DNA of 64,000 nt from a virus. The notes below the pieces were generated by a model. It searched no databases. It was not told where the DNA came from and saw only the letters and a program-made list of their open reading frames with translations. Made by a program: the position numbers and the translations under genes. This document shows positions 1 through 9,595 of the stretch, piece after piece; the first letter of the stretch is position 1; the number at the start of each line of letters is the position of its first letter. The DNA lies in the IMG/VR virus record IMGVR_UViG_3300020205_001800, positions 36,627 through 100,626 of that record, one strand, 5' to 3'.

Positions 1-1
1 C

Positions 2-904
2 GCAAAAGGGCTATACGCATTTTTCTTGGAAATCGGTAGGGTTGCATCTGTAGATGAGATGTCTGCTGCACACCCTGAAAGTAAGTATGCAATGACAAAA
101 GCAATGAAAGAGTTAAAAGACAGCCACTACATTAAGGCTGTCCGATTTCAACAAAACGCCGGGCAATGGAATACGTTGCTCAAATTTTCTGACCCAAAAC
201 TAAACTTATATGTAACTGAAGCCGACACTCCAAATACGAGTGTTCTGTCTACTGTTAGTACTATAGATATAGACAATAGTACTAGTACAGCTAATAGCTC
301 TAATATAGATACAGTTACTAACGTAACTGTATCTATAGGGGCTGCGCCCCTTAAGAAGAAAGGTACTGTAATGACTTGGCCGACTTTTGATGAAGAGCAA
401 CCTGAACGCAAAAAGTACAGCTTCCGAGTTCAGGAAGAGTCCGACGCTACCCCAGGCGCTGTAGGTAAAGTTGAGGATAAGAAAGCACTCCGAAACCAGA
501 AATACAAAAAGAATAAGTTCATGGCTGTTCCTGAATCGATGCGTCGTAATGAACGGCCTGAAGATCAGTGGACTACCGCCGATCTTGTTGCTGAGTTCTA
601 TGATTTAAACCGCGACGCAGACCACGGCGCCCCAAGCCAAGTTAATGGCAAGCATTTAACAACTTGGATTAACAAGATGGTTGGAGAAGGCGTAACTCGG
701 CTAGCTTTACTAAAAGCAATCCGGATGTTCTTTGCTGATCCCCGACTCACCCGAGATGCGGGAATTGGAAGCCCTCTGTATAGTCGCTTTATTGCCTACT
801 ATCAATCCGTCCATGGAATCGTTTCTCGAGTTGCAGAAACTGTTTATGAAGACGAGGATATGAAGGCACACCAAGAAAAAATGCTTAAGTTATTGGAGGG
901 CTGA
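2..904 (+). CDS. Putative replication initiator (N-terminal HTH), 5'-truncated
   Basis: Frame is open to the window edge (..AKGLYAFFL..MKELKDSHYI, HTH-like); directly upstream of a DnaC-like ATPase; AT-rich palindromic interior. Confidence 0.6.
   Translation, partial: AKGLYAFFLEIGRVASVDEMSAAHPESKYAMTKAMKELKDSHYIKAVRFQQNAGQWNTLLKFSDPKLNLYVTEADTPNTSVLSTVSTIDIDNSTSTANSSNIDTVTNVTVSIGAAPLKKKGTVMTWPTFDEEQPERKKYSFRVQEESDATPGAVGKVEDKKALRNQKYKKNKFMAVPESMRRNERPEDQWTTADLVAEFYDLNRDADHGAPSQVNGKHLTTWINKMVGEGVTRLALLKAIRMFFADPRLTRDAGIGSPLYSRFIAYYQSVHGIVSRVAETVYEDEDMKAHQEKMLKLLEG
304..337. repeat. Perfect 15-bp inverted repeat, candidate replication origin element
   Basis: TATAGATACAGTTAC-taac-GTAACTGTATCTATA within an AT-rich stretch of the initiator gene. 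Confidence 0.6.
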
Positions 905-1581
905 TGTATAACATTGCGGAACTTCCCGGAAGCATTCGGGCACAGATTAATGCCGCGGGTCTCCCAATGAAAACCATTGGGTGGCAATTTGATGACCTAG
1001 AACAAAGCGAGTCTTTGGACAAAGTCCGGGATTGGGTGGAATTAGTCCGCTCAGGCAAAGTAATCCAAGCTGCTGGAGAACGCACCTGCGGCCTAGGATT
1101 GATGCTGGTAGGGGAACCTGGTCACGGTAAGACTACTCTCGCGTCTGTGGCCCTACAGGAGCTTTTAATGACCATGCCTAGGACTGTCTGGGGGGTTCCC
1201 GATTCAGCTCCTAAACGACCAGGGCTATTTATGGACTATCCCAAGCTTCTACGACTTCAGAAGGCTCAGTGGTCTGAGTTTGACGATTCAACAGAAACTA
1301 TGATCAATGGGATTTACGGAGAGGCTTCTAGGGAAAACATCGTTCGAACATTTGTTCTAGACGACCTAGGCAAGGAGTACAGAACTGCCAATGGTTGGGC
1401 TGAGAATACGTTTGACGCTCTTTTACGGGCTCGCTTTAATGCCGGCCTTCCCACTATTGTTACGACTAACGTTCCACTAAAAAACTGGGGCACAGTGTAC
1501 GGAGAGCCTATGGGTAGTTTTGCCCGTGAAGCTTTCATTCCACTTGCCATAATAGCTACGCAAGGAGACCGACGACGATGA
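904..1581 (+). CDS. DnaC/IstB-like AAA+ helicase loader
   Basis: Walker A GEPGHGKT, Walker B FVLDDLGKE, PTIVTTN motif. Confidence 0.85.
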   Translation: MYNIAELPGSIRAQINAAGLPMKTIGWQFDDLEQSESLDKVRDWVELVRSGKVIQAAGERTCGLGLMLVGEPGHGKTTLASVALQELLMTMPRTVWGVPDSAPKRPGLFMDYPKLLRLQKAQWSEFDDSTETMINGIYGEASRENIVRTFVLDDLGKEYRTANGWAENTFDALLRARFNAGLPTIVTTNVPLKNWGTVYGEPMGSFAREAFIPLAIIATQGDRRR

Positions 1582-1877
1582 GGACATCAATGACAAACGA
1601 TTGGCAAACCACTCAGATTTTTCTTTCTGACAATGGTGTTTTTGAGGTAGAAGTAAGCGCCTCTAGTTTTCGGCTTCGTTGTAAATGCAATGGTTACTCA
1701 ACTCGTTTAAGTTGCAAACATACACGATTTGTAAAACAACGCATGAATGCTAATAACGGCATTTACCCAACAGAGATTTCTACTAAGGCCTCAAAAGTAG
1801 ACACCCTTATTGCAAGTAAAGATCCAAAAGCTTTTAGAGAGCTTTTAATTCATTACGGCAAAATCGAGGTTATTTAA
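1578..1877 (+). CDS. SWIM zinc-finger protein
   Basis: CxC...CKH motif (CKCNGYSTRLSCKH). Confidence 0.7.
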   Translation: MRTSMTNDWQTTQIFLSDNGVFEVEVSASSFRLRCKCNGYSTRLSCKHTRFVKQRMNANNGIYPTEISTKASKVDTLIASKDPKAFRELLIHYGKIEVI

Positions 1878-2297
1878 ATGCGAGGGGGGGATATCTCAAA
1901 CGAGGTTCCTCTCCGAGTAGCTGTGACAGTTGATTGCGTCCTTTCCCGTAGACCAACAATCAAAAAAGTATTAGGTGTCACGGTGACTGGTCAAGAGGTT
2001 ACTTATAACCGTCAAGCACTTTCTTTGTTTTGGCGATTTGCAGATAAGCAGGGTTACACCCTAGAGTTGGTCGGGTTCGACTATTCACAAAAAGACATGG
2101 ACAGTGTCTTGGAAGATCTTGACAACTTAGGCACTAATCCGTTTAACTACGCACATTCTTATAACGTACCGGCAGATCTAGTTGCAGAACTTCCTTATAG
2201 ACCAGAATTAAAGTATGTTGTAGACATTCCAGCAAGAGCTGGTCGTTATGGATCTTGGTATTTAGACATGGAGGCGATTGCAAATGGCAGCAGATAA
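1878..2297 (+). CDS. Hypothetical protein, possibly degenerate HAD-like fold
   Basis: Coupled in operon; VTVDCVL resembles an altered HAD motif I. Confidence 0.45.
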   Translation: MRGGDISNEVPLRVAVTVDCVLSRRPTIKKVLGVTVTGQEVTYNRQALSLFWRFADKQGYTLELVGFDYSQKDMDSVLEDLDNLGTNPFNYAHSYNVPADLVAELPYRPELKYVVDIPARAGRYGSWYLDMEAIANGSR

Positions 2298-3522
2298 TGA
2301 GGTTCGTCTCTTATCTAGAGCAATACGTACTCGTGATATCACACCGCTACTTGAAGCTGGTGTAGAAGATAACTGGTTTTTTGTAGATGAAAATAAGCAA
2401 GTGTGGCGATTCCTACGTCAACATTGGACTAAGTACGCAGAAGTTCCAACAGCAGTAACAGTTAAAGATAATTTTCCCGCCTATCGTTTATTAGCTGTAG
2501 AAGATTCTGCTGAATACTTACTAGACCAGTTAATTGAGTATCGTAAACGTCAAAGCATTATTGAAGTAGTACAAACTTCCGCAGAAGCAATTGCTAGCGG
2601 GGATCACAACGCTGCCTTAGCTGTTATGAATCAGGGCATTGCCCGAATTGCAGACGATGGGCCATCAGAGTCTACGGATATCGATTTAACAGAAAATGCA
2701 ACACAACGTTTTGAGGAATATTTAAATATAAAGACTAGACCTAACGGTTTAATTGGTTTTGCTACAGGGTTTAAAACTATTGATCAGGCTACTGCCGGTT
2801 TACAGCCGGGACAGTTAGTGACAATTATTGCGCCACCTAAAACAGGTAAATCTGTTCTTGCAATGCAAATGGCAGTGAATGTACACCGAGACGGGTTTGT
2901 TCCGATGTTCCAATCTTTTGAAATGACAAACATGGAGCAACAGCATCGTCACGATTCCATGCGAGCTCAGATTGCACACTCTCGCCTTATTCGAGGAAAC
3001 CTTAACAAGGACGAAGAAGCTAGGTACATGAAGACGTTGGAAGAAATGGAGCAGATGCACAAGTTTTACTTAACTGATTCTGTTTCTGCTATGACCGTAA
3101 CTGGACTTGCGGCAAAGATTGAAAAGATTCGTCCAGACATTGTGTTTATTGACGGCGTCTATCTTATGACCGACGACGTTAGTGGGGAACAAAACACTCC
3201 ACAAGCATTAACCAGTATCACCCGTAATTTGAAGCATTTAGCTATGGCTAAGCAACTTCCTATTGTGGTTTCTACCCAGGTCTTGCTATGGAAGATGAAG
3301 AAACGCCAAGTGTCCGCGGATGCTATTGGTTACTCATCATCTTTTTATCAAGATTCAGATGTAATCCTTGGATTGCAAAGGCAAGATGAAGAAGACGACA
3401 GTTCTCGTGAACTTCGTATAGTTGCTAGCCGTAACTGCGGTCCAGCAACAAGTGATCTACTTTGGGACTGGGAAGAAGGGAAATTTGAAGAGTATGGATC
3501 TCCTCAATTTAAGTCCGTTTAA
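2278..3522 (+). CDS. dnaB: DnaB-like replicative helicase
   Basis: TGFKTID, APPKTGKS Walker A, SFEM, IVFIDGVYLM, QDSDVILGL. Confidence 0.92.
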   Translation: MQMAADNEVRLLSRAIRTRDITPLLEAGVEDNWFFVDENKQVWRFLRQHWTKYAEVPTAVTVKDNFPAYRLLAVEDSAEYLLDQLIEYRKRQSIIEVVQTSAEAIASGDHNAALAVMNQGIARIADDGPSESTDIDLTENATQRFEEYLNIKTRPNGLIGFATGFKTIDQATAGLQPGQLVTIIAPPKTGKSVLAMQMAVNVHRDGFVPMFQSFEMTNMEQQHRHDSMRAQIAHSRLIRGNLNKDEEARYMKTLEEMEQMHKFYLTDSVSAMTVTGLAAKIEKIRPDIVFIDGVYLMTDDVSGEQNTPQALTSITRNLKHLAMAKQLPIVVSTQVLLWKMKKRQVSADAIGYSSSFYQDSDVILGLQRQDEEDDSSRELRIVASRNCGPATSDLLWDWEEGKFEEYGSPQFKSV

Positions 3523-3745
3523 CGGAAGCCAGTTATGCGCCGAGGTTGATCCGGAGTTGTTCTTTCCCGAAGAGTATGAAAACAGACTGGCAGTGCTTAC
3601 TGCAAAGTCTGTTTGTAATGAATGCCCTCTAACCAGTGCATGTTTAACATACGCATTAGCTAACCCAGAACTTGACGGTATCTGGGGAGCTACAACTCCC
3701 AGAGAGCGACGTAATATGCGTCGCCGAAAGAAGGCATCAAGATGA
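3494..3745 (+). CDS. whiB: WhiB family Fe-S transcription factor (WhiB2-like)
   Basis: CAEVDPELFFP...CNECPLTSAC...GIWGATTPRER; ATG at 3494 preferred over 3422. Confidence 0.92.
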   Translation: MDLLNLSPFNGSQLCAEVDPELFFPEEYENRLAVLTAKSVCNECPLTSACLTYALANPELDGIWGATTPRERRNMRRRKKASR

Positions 3746-4005
3746 AAGAAATTAAAGATTTAAAGCCAAGTTATGAAAACGCTATGGACCTTAGAGGAGA
3801 ACCTACACACGTATGCGTTTGTGGATCTACCTTGTGGGATATAAAAGCTATGTTCCAAGATTACGAAATTTCTATGTACTTTTTAGACATGGAATGTTCT
3901 GAATGTGGCTCTATGGCTACGGCACCTACGTTAGTAGATATGCCAGAAGATTACGTAATGATGGATGACCGACCTAAGGAGGAATATGATGGGGAAGAAG
4001 AGTAA
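3742..4005 (+). CDS. Hypothetical Cys-containing (zinc-binding) protein
   Basis: CVCG...CSECG; ATGA overlap. Confidence 0.7.
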   Translation: MKEIKDLKPSYENAMDLRGEPTHVCVCGSTLWDIKAMFQDYEISMYFLDMECSECGSMATAPTLVDMPEDYVMMDDRPKEEYDGEEE

Positions 4006-4216
4006 CGAAGACGACCTACGTTCATATGGGTACATGACCCCAGGTGAATTTGTAGACGCTTTGGTTCCAGGACTTAAGGAATACTTACGACATAATTGGG
4101 GAGTTAAACCTGATGAGTTGTATCACCCAGAAGATTTGTTTTCTAACGCAGAGATCTATCTTCAAGTTGCTAGGCACGTAGCCGGTGATTTTATAGTCGC
4201 ACCAAAAAGGAAGTAA
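3965..4216 (+). CDS. Hypothetical protein
   Basis: Fills operon gap; stop abuts primase start. Confidence 0.6.
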   Translation: MTDLRRNMMGKKSNEDDLRSYGYMTPGEFVDALVPGLKEYLRHNWGVKPDELYHPEDLFSNAEIYLQVARHVAGDFIVAPKRK

Positions 4217-5194
4217 ATGTATAGAGAAGGGGATGTGCAGAAGGCTCTTCTGCGCTTGGGTATTCCGACCGATCAACGCAATAGTGAGTTGATCGGTATT
4301 TGCCCTATGCACTTAGAACGTACTGGGCGAGAAGACCATAACCCTTCATGGTCTATCAACCTAGAGACCGGTGTCCACCACTGCTTCTCCTGTGGATACA
4401 AAGGTACGCTCCTGACGCTTGTTGCGGAGGTTCAGGATTTTCAGACTAGCTGGGGACGTTTGGATTACGAAGCTGCTAAAACGTGGCTACGTAGTAATGT
4501 GGAGATTGATTTTGAGCTTCTATCAAAAGAACTTGAAGCATTAAAAGATTCTTACGTCTCGCCTCCTCGCCCCATTGAGATGGGCGAGGCACGGTTAGCT
4601 GTTTATTCTGAACCTCCCCAATGGGCGTTAGAGGCACGAGGCTTAACAGCGGAAGCTTGTGCTACTTATAGAGTTATGTGGGACGCTCGCGCAGAAACTT
4701 GGATTACCCCTATCCGTAACCCAGATACTGGGAAATTACTGGGGTGGCAAGAAAAAGGACAAACAAACAGAACATTTCGCAACCGCCCCACGGGTATAGC
4801 TAAATCTACAGCTCTATTTGGTTTAGAGGCTTGGGAACAAGGAACTATGCTTGTAGTTGAATCACCATTAGACGTAGTAAAAGTTTCTTCTGTTGGTTTT
4901 GGCCAACACACAGTGGCTACTTTTGGCGCTGTAGTGAGCGACGCTCAAGTAGAGCTTTTTCGTAAAGCTGATCGTTTAATTATGGCCTTTGATAACCCTA
5001 ATATCGATGCCGCTGGCAAAAAAGCCTCACTAGCGATCTTGGCAAAAGTTAGGACGCTGGGCATGGAATGTTCGTTTTTTAACTACGGAGATTCCGGAGT
5101 TAAAGATGTTGGCGATATGACCGCAGACCGTATAAGATACGGTATAGAAAATGCTAAACACTGCGTATTCGGAGAGTCCGCAATCTACGGTTAG
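4217..5194 (+). CDS. dnaG: DNA primase (CHC2 zinc finger + TOPRIM)
   Basis: CPMH..HHCFSC zinc finger; VVESPLD, FDN-D and KDVGD TOPRIM motifs. Confidence 0.9.
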   Translation: MYREGDVQKALLRLGIPTDQRNSELIGICPMHLERTGREDHNPSWSINLETGVHHCFSCGYKGTLLTLVAEVQDFQTSWGRLDYEAAKTWLRSNVEIDFELLSKELEALKDSYVSPPRPIEMGEARLAVYSEPPQWALEARGLTAEACATYRVMWDARAETWITPIRNPDTGKLLGWQEKGQTNRTFRNRPTGIAKSTALFGLEAWEQGTMLVVESPLDVVKVSSVGFGQHTVATFGAVVSDAQVELFRKADRLIMAFDNPNIDAAGKKASLAILAKVRTLGMECSFFNYGDSGVKDVGDMTADRIRYGIENAKHCVFGESAIYG

Positions 5195-5202
5195 GGGCAA
5201 AC

Positions 5203-5427
5203 ATGTTAGCTTATTGGTCCTGGATTCTTGTAGCTATTGGCGTATCTGGAATTTTTCTTGTAGGTCGTAAAACAATTTGGGGTTGGCTAATCCTTTGCGT
5301 TAACGAGTGCCTTTGGATTGTTTACGCAGTAACAACAGAGCAGCATGGGTTTATTGTAGGTGCCATTATTTATGGCATGGTTTACGTAAAGTCATTCTTG
5401 CATTGGAAACGAGACGAACTCGTATGA
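5203..5427 (+). CDS. Small PnuC-like membrane protein
   Basis: Three hydrophobic segments, RKTIWGW motif. Confidence 0.55.
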   Translation: MLAYWSWILVAIGVSGIFLVGRKTIWGWLILCVNECLWIVYAVTTEQHGFIVGAIIYGMVYVKSFLHWKRDELV

Positions 5428-6980
5428 CTTTTACAGGCACATTACTTCCGTACCAACCGGAAGCCGTCGACGCCATGGTCGAACGCGGAAAGATGTTGGT
5501 TGCTTATGATTTAGGGCTTGGAAAGACTGTATTGACTATTGCGGCTATCGAATCGCTGATGGACAGCGGTTCTATCCGGGAGCCTGGTATCATTATCTGT
5601 CTTTCCAGCCTTAAGTATCAGTGGGCGGAACAAATTAGAAAGTTTACCGATGGAACTTCAACACCTCTGGTTATCGATGGAACGCCGAAGCAACGAGCAG
5701 CGCAATACGCCGAAGCTTTTGACTGGGGGCATTCACTCGTGGATTACGTCATTATTAACTACGAGCAAGTTGTTAACGACTGGGAGTATGTACGACAGCT
5801 CGCTACGGGATTCGTTGTCTGCGACGAAGCAACCGCCATCAAAAGTTTTAGATCCAAACGATCTAAGTACGTAAAGAAACTTAGCAGCCCTTACAAGTTT
5901 GCTTTAACAGGCACCCCAGTAGAGAACGGCAAGCCTGAAGAACTATTTTCAATTATGCAGTTTGTAGATCCTAAAGTTCTTGGACGGTTTGATTTATTTG
6001 ACTCAACCTTTATTGTGCGCAATCGCTTTGGCGGTGTAGAGCGCTATCGCAATCTACCCGTACTAAATAAGACTCTTAGTAAAGCATGCGTTCGCAAGCG
6101 TCAAACAGATGCAGACGTCGCACCCTTCCTTCCCGAAACCATTTTTGCGGAGCCCATTTTGGTAGAATTTGATTCAGCAGGCGCTAAGTTGTATAAATCT
6201 ATTGCTAATGAGATTTTGACTGATCTTGATGAGGCGGTAGATTCTTATGGCGCAGCTTTTGATATATTCTCGCACTACGGCCAGGCAGACCAATGGGATG
6301 GGGCCGACGCGCTACGTGGCCGGATTATGTCAAAGCTAACTGCTCTACGTATGCTTTGCGACAATCCTGAGCTACTACAGTTCTCAATCTCTACATCGGG
6401 GTACGTTGAGGAACTATCTACTGCAGGACGCCTTGATAAGGTGAACAAAGCACCAAAGCTTTCCGCACTTAAGGAGTATGTCAACAACTTCTTAGAGTCG
6501 GATGATAGAAACAAAGTTGTTATCTTTACTAGTTATGTTCACATGGTTGATATGATTAGAGAAGCGCTAGATTATGAAAGCCGTCCGTATACAGGAGTAA
6601 TGAATGCTAAAGAAAAAGAAGAATCAAAAGTTGCTTTCCAAACCGAAGAGAGCATTCGCATCCTTGTCAGCTCTGACGCTGGGGGTTATGGTGTTGATTT
6701 ACCTCAAGCTAACCTTCTTATTAATTATGATCTCCCGTGGAACGCAGGACTCGCACTTCAACGTAATGGACGAATCCGAAGAGCCTCAAGCACCTGGCCA
6801 TCTATAGTCATTCAAGACTTCCTTATGGAGGGGTCAATTGAAGAACGTCAACACTCTATGCTGGTCCAAAAAATGGCTGTAGCTAACGCTGTAATCGACG
6901 GTGAGGGCATTAATGCGCAGGGTGGAGTAGAACTAAATGTAGGCACACTTAGGGCTTTCCTACAGAACATTACGGTTTAA
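5424..6980 (+). CDS. SNF2-family helicase
   Basis: LLPYQ, DLGLGKT, VCDEA, LTGTPVEN, GVDL, QRNGRIRR; ATGA-coupled start at 5424. Confidence 0.92.
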   Translation: MTFTGTLLPYQPEAVDAMVERGKMLVAYDLGLGKTVLTIAAIESLMDSGSIREPGIIICLSSLKYQWAEQIRKFTDGTSTPLVIDGTPKQRAAQYAEAFDWGHSLVDYVIINYEQVVNDWEYVRQLATGFVVCDEATAIKSFRSKRSKYVKKLSSPYKFALTGTPVENGKPEELFSIMQFVDPKVLGRFDLFDSTFIVRNRFGGVERYRNLPVLNKTLSKACVRKRQTDADVAPFLPETIFAEPILVEFDSAGAKLYKSIANEILTDLDEAVDSYGAAFDIFSHYGQADQWDGADALRGRIMSKLTALRMLCDNPELLQFSISTSGYVEELSTAGRLDKVNKAPKLSALKEYVNNFLESDDRNKVVIFTSYVHMVDMIREALDYESRPYTGVMNAKEKEESKVAFQTEESIRILVSSDAGGYGVDLPQANLLINYDLPWNAGLALQRNGRIRRASSTWPSIVIQDFLMEGSIEERQHSMLVQKMAVANAVIDGEGINAQGGVELNVGTLRAFLQNITV

Positions 6981-6989
6981 AATAGTTGA

Positions 6990-7133
6990 ATGCCTAACGC
7001 ACCTAAGACTCCGACACGTACGATCCGTGTCTCCGCAGACCTTTGGGCTGCCGTTAAAGAAAAGGCCGCCATTGAGGGCCGTACCGTAACAGATGTCATC
7101 ATTGAGGCGCTAAAGGCGTATATCTCGGAATAA
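6990..7133 (+). CDS. Ribbon-helix-helix DNA-binding protein (not in ORF track)
   Basis: MPNAPKTPTRTIRVSADLWAAVKEKAAIEGRTVTDVIIEALKAYISE; TAAAAT 6 nt upstream. Confidence 0.85.
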   Translation: MPNAPKTPTRTIRVSADLWAAVKEKAAIEGRTVTDVIIEALKAYISE

Positions 7134-7213
7134 AACCTGAGGTAGTATTGTTATACCCAAGCTTGCCCAACACCGGGGAGCTTATTTACTAGTTATCGTC
7201 TAAGGAGATAATT

Positions 7214-7708
7214 ATGGCTATGCCTGGAGGAAATAAGGGATACCCAGATCACGACTGGACCCGTAAAGAGCAGTTCCCAGCAACACCACCAAAACCAATT
7301 ACAATCCAAACTTTATTCCCAAATTTTGACCGTTGGGCTATTGGATTTGACCCTTTGCTTGAAACACTAAAAGCAATTTCATCAGACTCAAAGTTAACTT
7401 CATACCCCCCGTACAACATTTTTAAGACTAAGGACAACTATGTCTTGGAGATCGCTGCAGCTGGGTTTGCTAAAGAAGACATCAAAATCTCTGTTAAAGA
7501 ACTAACATTGACCGTAGAAGGCTCCGCCCTACCGTCTGTGGATAACTATGTTCATAAAGGCATTGCATCTAGAGACTTCAAGCAAGACTTTTGCTTAGCT
7601 GAGTACGTTGTAGTTGACGGCGCTGAGATGAAGGACGGTATGCTTAGGATCCTTCTACGTCAGGAACTTCCTGAAGAGAAGAAGCCGAAAGTAATTAAAA
7701 TCTCGTAA
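7214..7708 (+). CDS. Small heat-shock protein Hsp20/IbpA
   Basis: YPPYNI, LEIAAAGF, HKGIASRDF, DGML; SD AAGGAG. Confidence 0.93.
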   Translation: MAMPGGNKGYPDHDWTRKEQFPATPPKPITIQTLFPNFDRWAIGFDPLLETLKAISSDSKLTSYPPYNIFKTKDNYVLEIAAAGFAKEDIKISVKELTLTVEGSALPSVDNYVHKGIASRDFKQDFCLAEYVVVDGAEMKDGMLRILLRQELPEEKKPKVIKIS

Positions 7709-7716
7709 TTGGGATT

Positions 7717-7788
7717 TGGCCCTTAGCTCAGCGGCAGAGCGGGAAGCTGTTAACTTCTAGGTCCCTGGTTCGATCCCAGGAGGGCCAG
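7717..7788 (+). tRNA. tRNA-Asn(GTT)
   Basis: Acceptor TGGCCCT/AGGGCCA, D-arm, anticodon arm GGAAG-CTGTTAA-CTTCT, T-loop TTCGATC; CCA not encoded. Confidence 0.95.
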
Positions 7789-7844
7789 CAATTTGCATCA
7801 TGTCAGTGGTGTGGTATATGGTTTGATTCAAAGGAGGGCAAAAT

Positions 7845-8279
7845 ATGCCAAAAATTATTCCACCAGAACGCGTACCCGAAACAGGTCTTGTTGCAAAGGT
7901 GCGTAAGTTTATAACTCTTAAGCGTCAAATTGATGACTTAACAAAAGAACAAGGTGCAATTAAAACAGAGCTTTCTGATTTAGTTGATACTACCGGTGAA
8001 CCAGATGACAAAGGTCATCTATGGTTGCCACTACCCCAAGAGGTAGATGGTTATCGTTCTTTGCAGCGCCAAAAACGCATTTCACAACGCCTCGATTCAG
8101 ATGCAGCAGAAAAACTTCTTAAAGAAAAAGGGTTAGACTCTCGTTGCTATACACAACTTCCAGTACTGCAGGAAGATGAAGTAATGGCGTGTCTATACGA
8201 AGGCCTTCTCACAGAAGAAGAAGTTGACCTTATGTATCCAAAGAGCATTACATGGGCGTTCGTACCAAGTAAGAGCTAA
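7845..8279 (+). CDS. Hypothetical protein (coiled-coil N-terminus)
   Basis: Strong SD AAAGGAGG. Confidence 0.75.
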   Translation: MPKIIPPERVPETGLVAKVRKFITLKRQIDDLTKEQGAIKTELSDLVDTTGEPDDKGHLWLPLPQEVDGYRSLQRQKRISQRLDSDAAEKLLKEKGLDSRCYTQLPVLQEDEVMACLYEGLLTEEEVDLMYPKSITWAFVPSKS

Positions 8280-8280
8280 C

Positions 8281-8751
8281 ATGAACGACGACGCATTTGA
8301 CAAGCTATTCGGCGACCTGGAAGAGTACTACCCAGGTTCAAAGCGCAAACGTCGCGCACCGGATCCAAATGCAAAGAAAAAAGAAATTTCTACACCCGGT
8401 ATGTGGGATAAAGATCCCCAGGTAAAAACCTTACCTAACGGAAAGGTGCTAGAATTGTTTAGTGCGGGAGCTATGGCTCTTGCTCTAAATAGACCGTTAG
8501 TTACTTTGAGGCTTTGGGAACGAAAAGGTTATATACCACGTGCACCCTATCGCTTAAAGTCAATGATGGTAAATGGTGTAAAGAAGCCCGGATGGCGGAT
8601 GTACAGCAGAACTATCGTCGAAGAAACTATAAAGTCGTTTCAATCTAGAGGGCTCTTAGACGCTCCTCGGATTGATTGGAATCGAAATCCAGATCTCTCA
8701 TTTGAATTAATGGAGAAATGGACTAAGATTCATGATGAAGAAACAAACTAA
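8281..8751 (+). CDS. MerR-like HTH DNA-binding protein
   Basis: AGAMALALNRPLVTLRLWERKGYIP...GWRMYS. Confidence 0.75.
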   Translation: MNDDAFDKLFGDLEEYYPGSKRKRRAPDPNAKKKEISTPGMWDKDPQVKTLPNGKVLELFSAGAMALALNRPLVTLRLWERKGYIPRAPYRLKSMMVNGVKKPGWRMYSRTIVEETIKSFQSRGLLDAPRIDWNRNPDLSFELMEKWTKIHDEETN

Positions 8752-8790
8752 CTACTACCTATGGCTAATGGCTAAGAAAGGAACACTCGT

Positions 8791-9516
8791 ATGAGCGTTC
8801 AACAAACTAATCCGTTCAAGGTTGCAAAAGCAGCACCAAACCTTGATTCATACGTCGATACAACTCCTACAGTAGAAGCAGAAGAGCTTCTTGTAGAAGA
8901 ATTCGAAATCGAAAACGAGAACGAATCCGCTGAGCGTTCCTCATCGATTCAATCTGGTTGGGCAGCAGCAAAGAAAGCTGTAGCAAAGTCAAGCAAAACA
9001 TTTGCAACTGACTTTCGCTTTGATGAGGATGTTCAGCTTATTAAGTTCATTTCATCTGATCCGCTTTCCTTTATGCAACACTGGGTTAATCGCCCAGGCA
9101 AGAAATCATTTATCAGTACTGGCGAGGGCGATCCGCTTATCGCAGTTGGAAGCAAGCCTGATCAAAAGTTTGCATTCACAGTGCTTAATCTTTCAGACGA
9201 AGATCCACAACTTCAGCTAATGGTTGTTGGCGTCCGTCTATGTGGACAGCTAGAGAAGTTGGCTTCTGATAAGAAGACTGGCCCACTCAACCGTCAAGAT
9301 CTATACTGGGCTGTCAGCAAGTCTGGCACCGGTACAAAAACTTCATACTCAATCATGCCCGTAAAAGAGCGTGATTTGCTAGAGGATTGGGAAATTGATC
9401 CTGTCGCAGTAACAGCAGCAACTAAGGACATGAAGCCACTTGGACCTGAGGCACTTCACACCTCTACTAATGCGGAACTTGCCGAAATTGCACGCGAAAT
9501 TGCAGCAGCTAATTAG
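8791..9516 (+). CDS. Single-stranded DNA-binding protein (gp32-like)
   Basis: LIKFI...QHWV...VSKSGTGTKTSY pattern; immediately upstream of polymerase. Confidence 0.7.
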   Translation: MSVQQTNPFKVAKAAPNLDSYVDTTPTVEAEELLVEEFEIENENESAERSSSIQSGWAAAKKAVAKSSKTFATDFRFDEDVQLIKFISSDPLSFMQHWVNRPGKKSFISTGEGDPLIAVGSKPDQKFAFTVLNLSDEDPQLQLMVVGVRLCGQLEKLASDKKTGPLNRQDLYWAVSKSGTGTKTSYSIMPVKERDLLEDWEIDPVAVTAATKDMKPLGPEALHTSTNAELAEIAREIAAAN

Positions 9517-9527
9517 TTCCCATTAAT

Positions 9528-9575
9528 GTTGGAGGGCCAGGTTTTTTACCTCCTTTCTCTTCCTGGCCCTCCGAC
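9528..9575 (+). promoter_or_regulatory. 14-bp hairpin with anti-Shine-Dalgarno loop
   Basis: GTTGGAGGGCCAGG-ttttttACCTCCTTTCTctt-CCTGGCCCTCCGAC; G.U pair favours the + strand. Confidence 0.7.
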
Positions 9576-9595
9576 CCTTAGCATTTGGAGCACGC

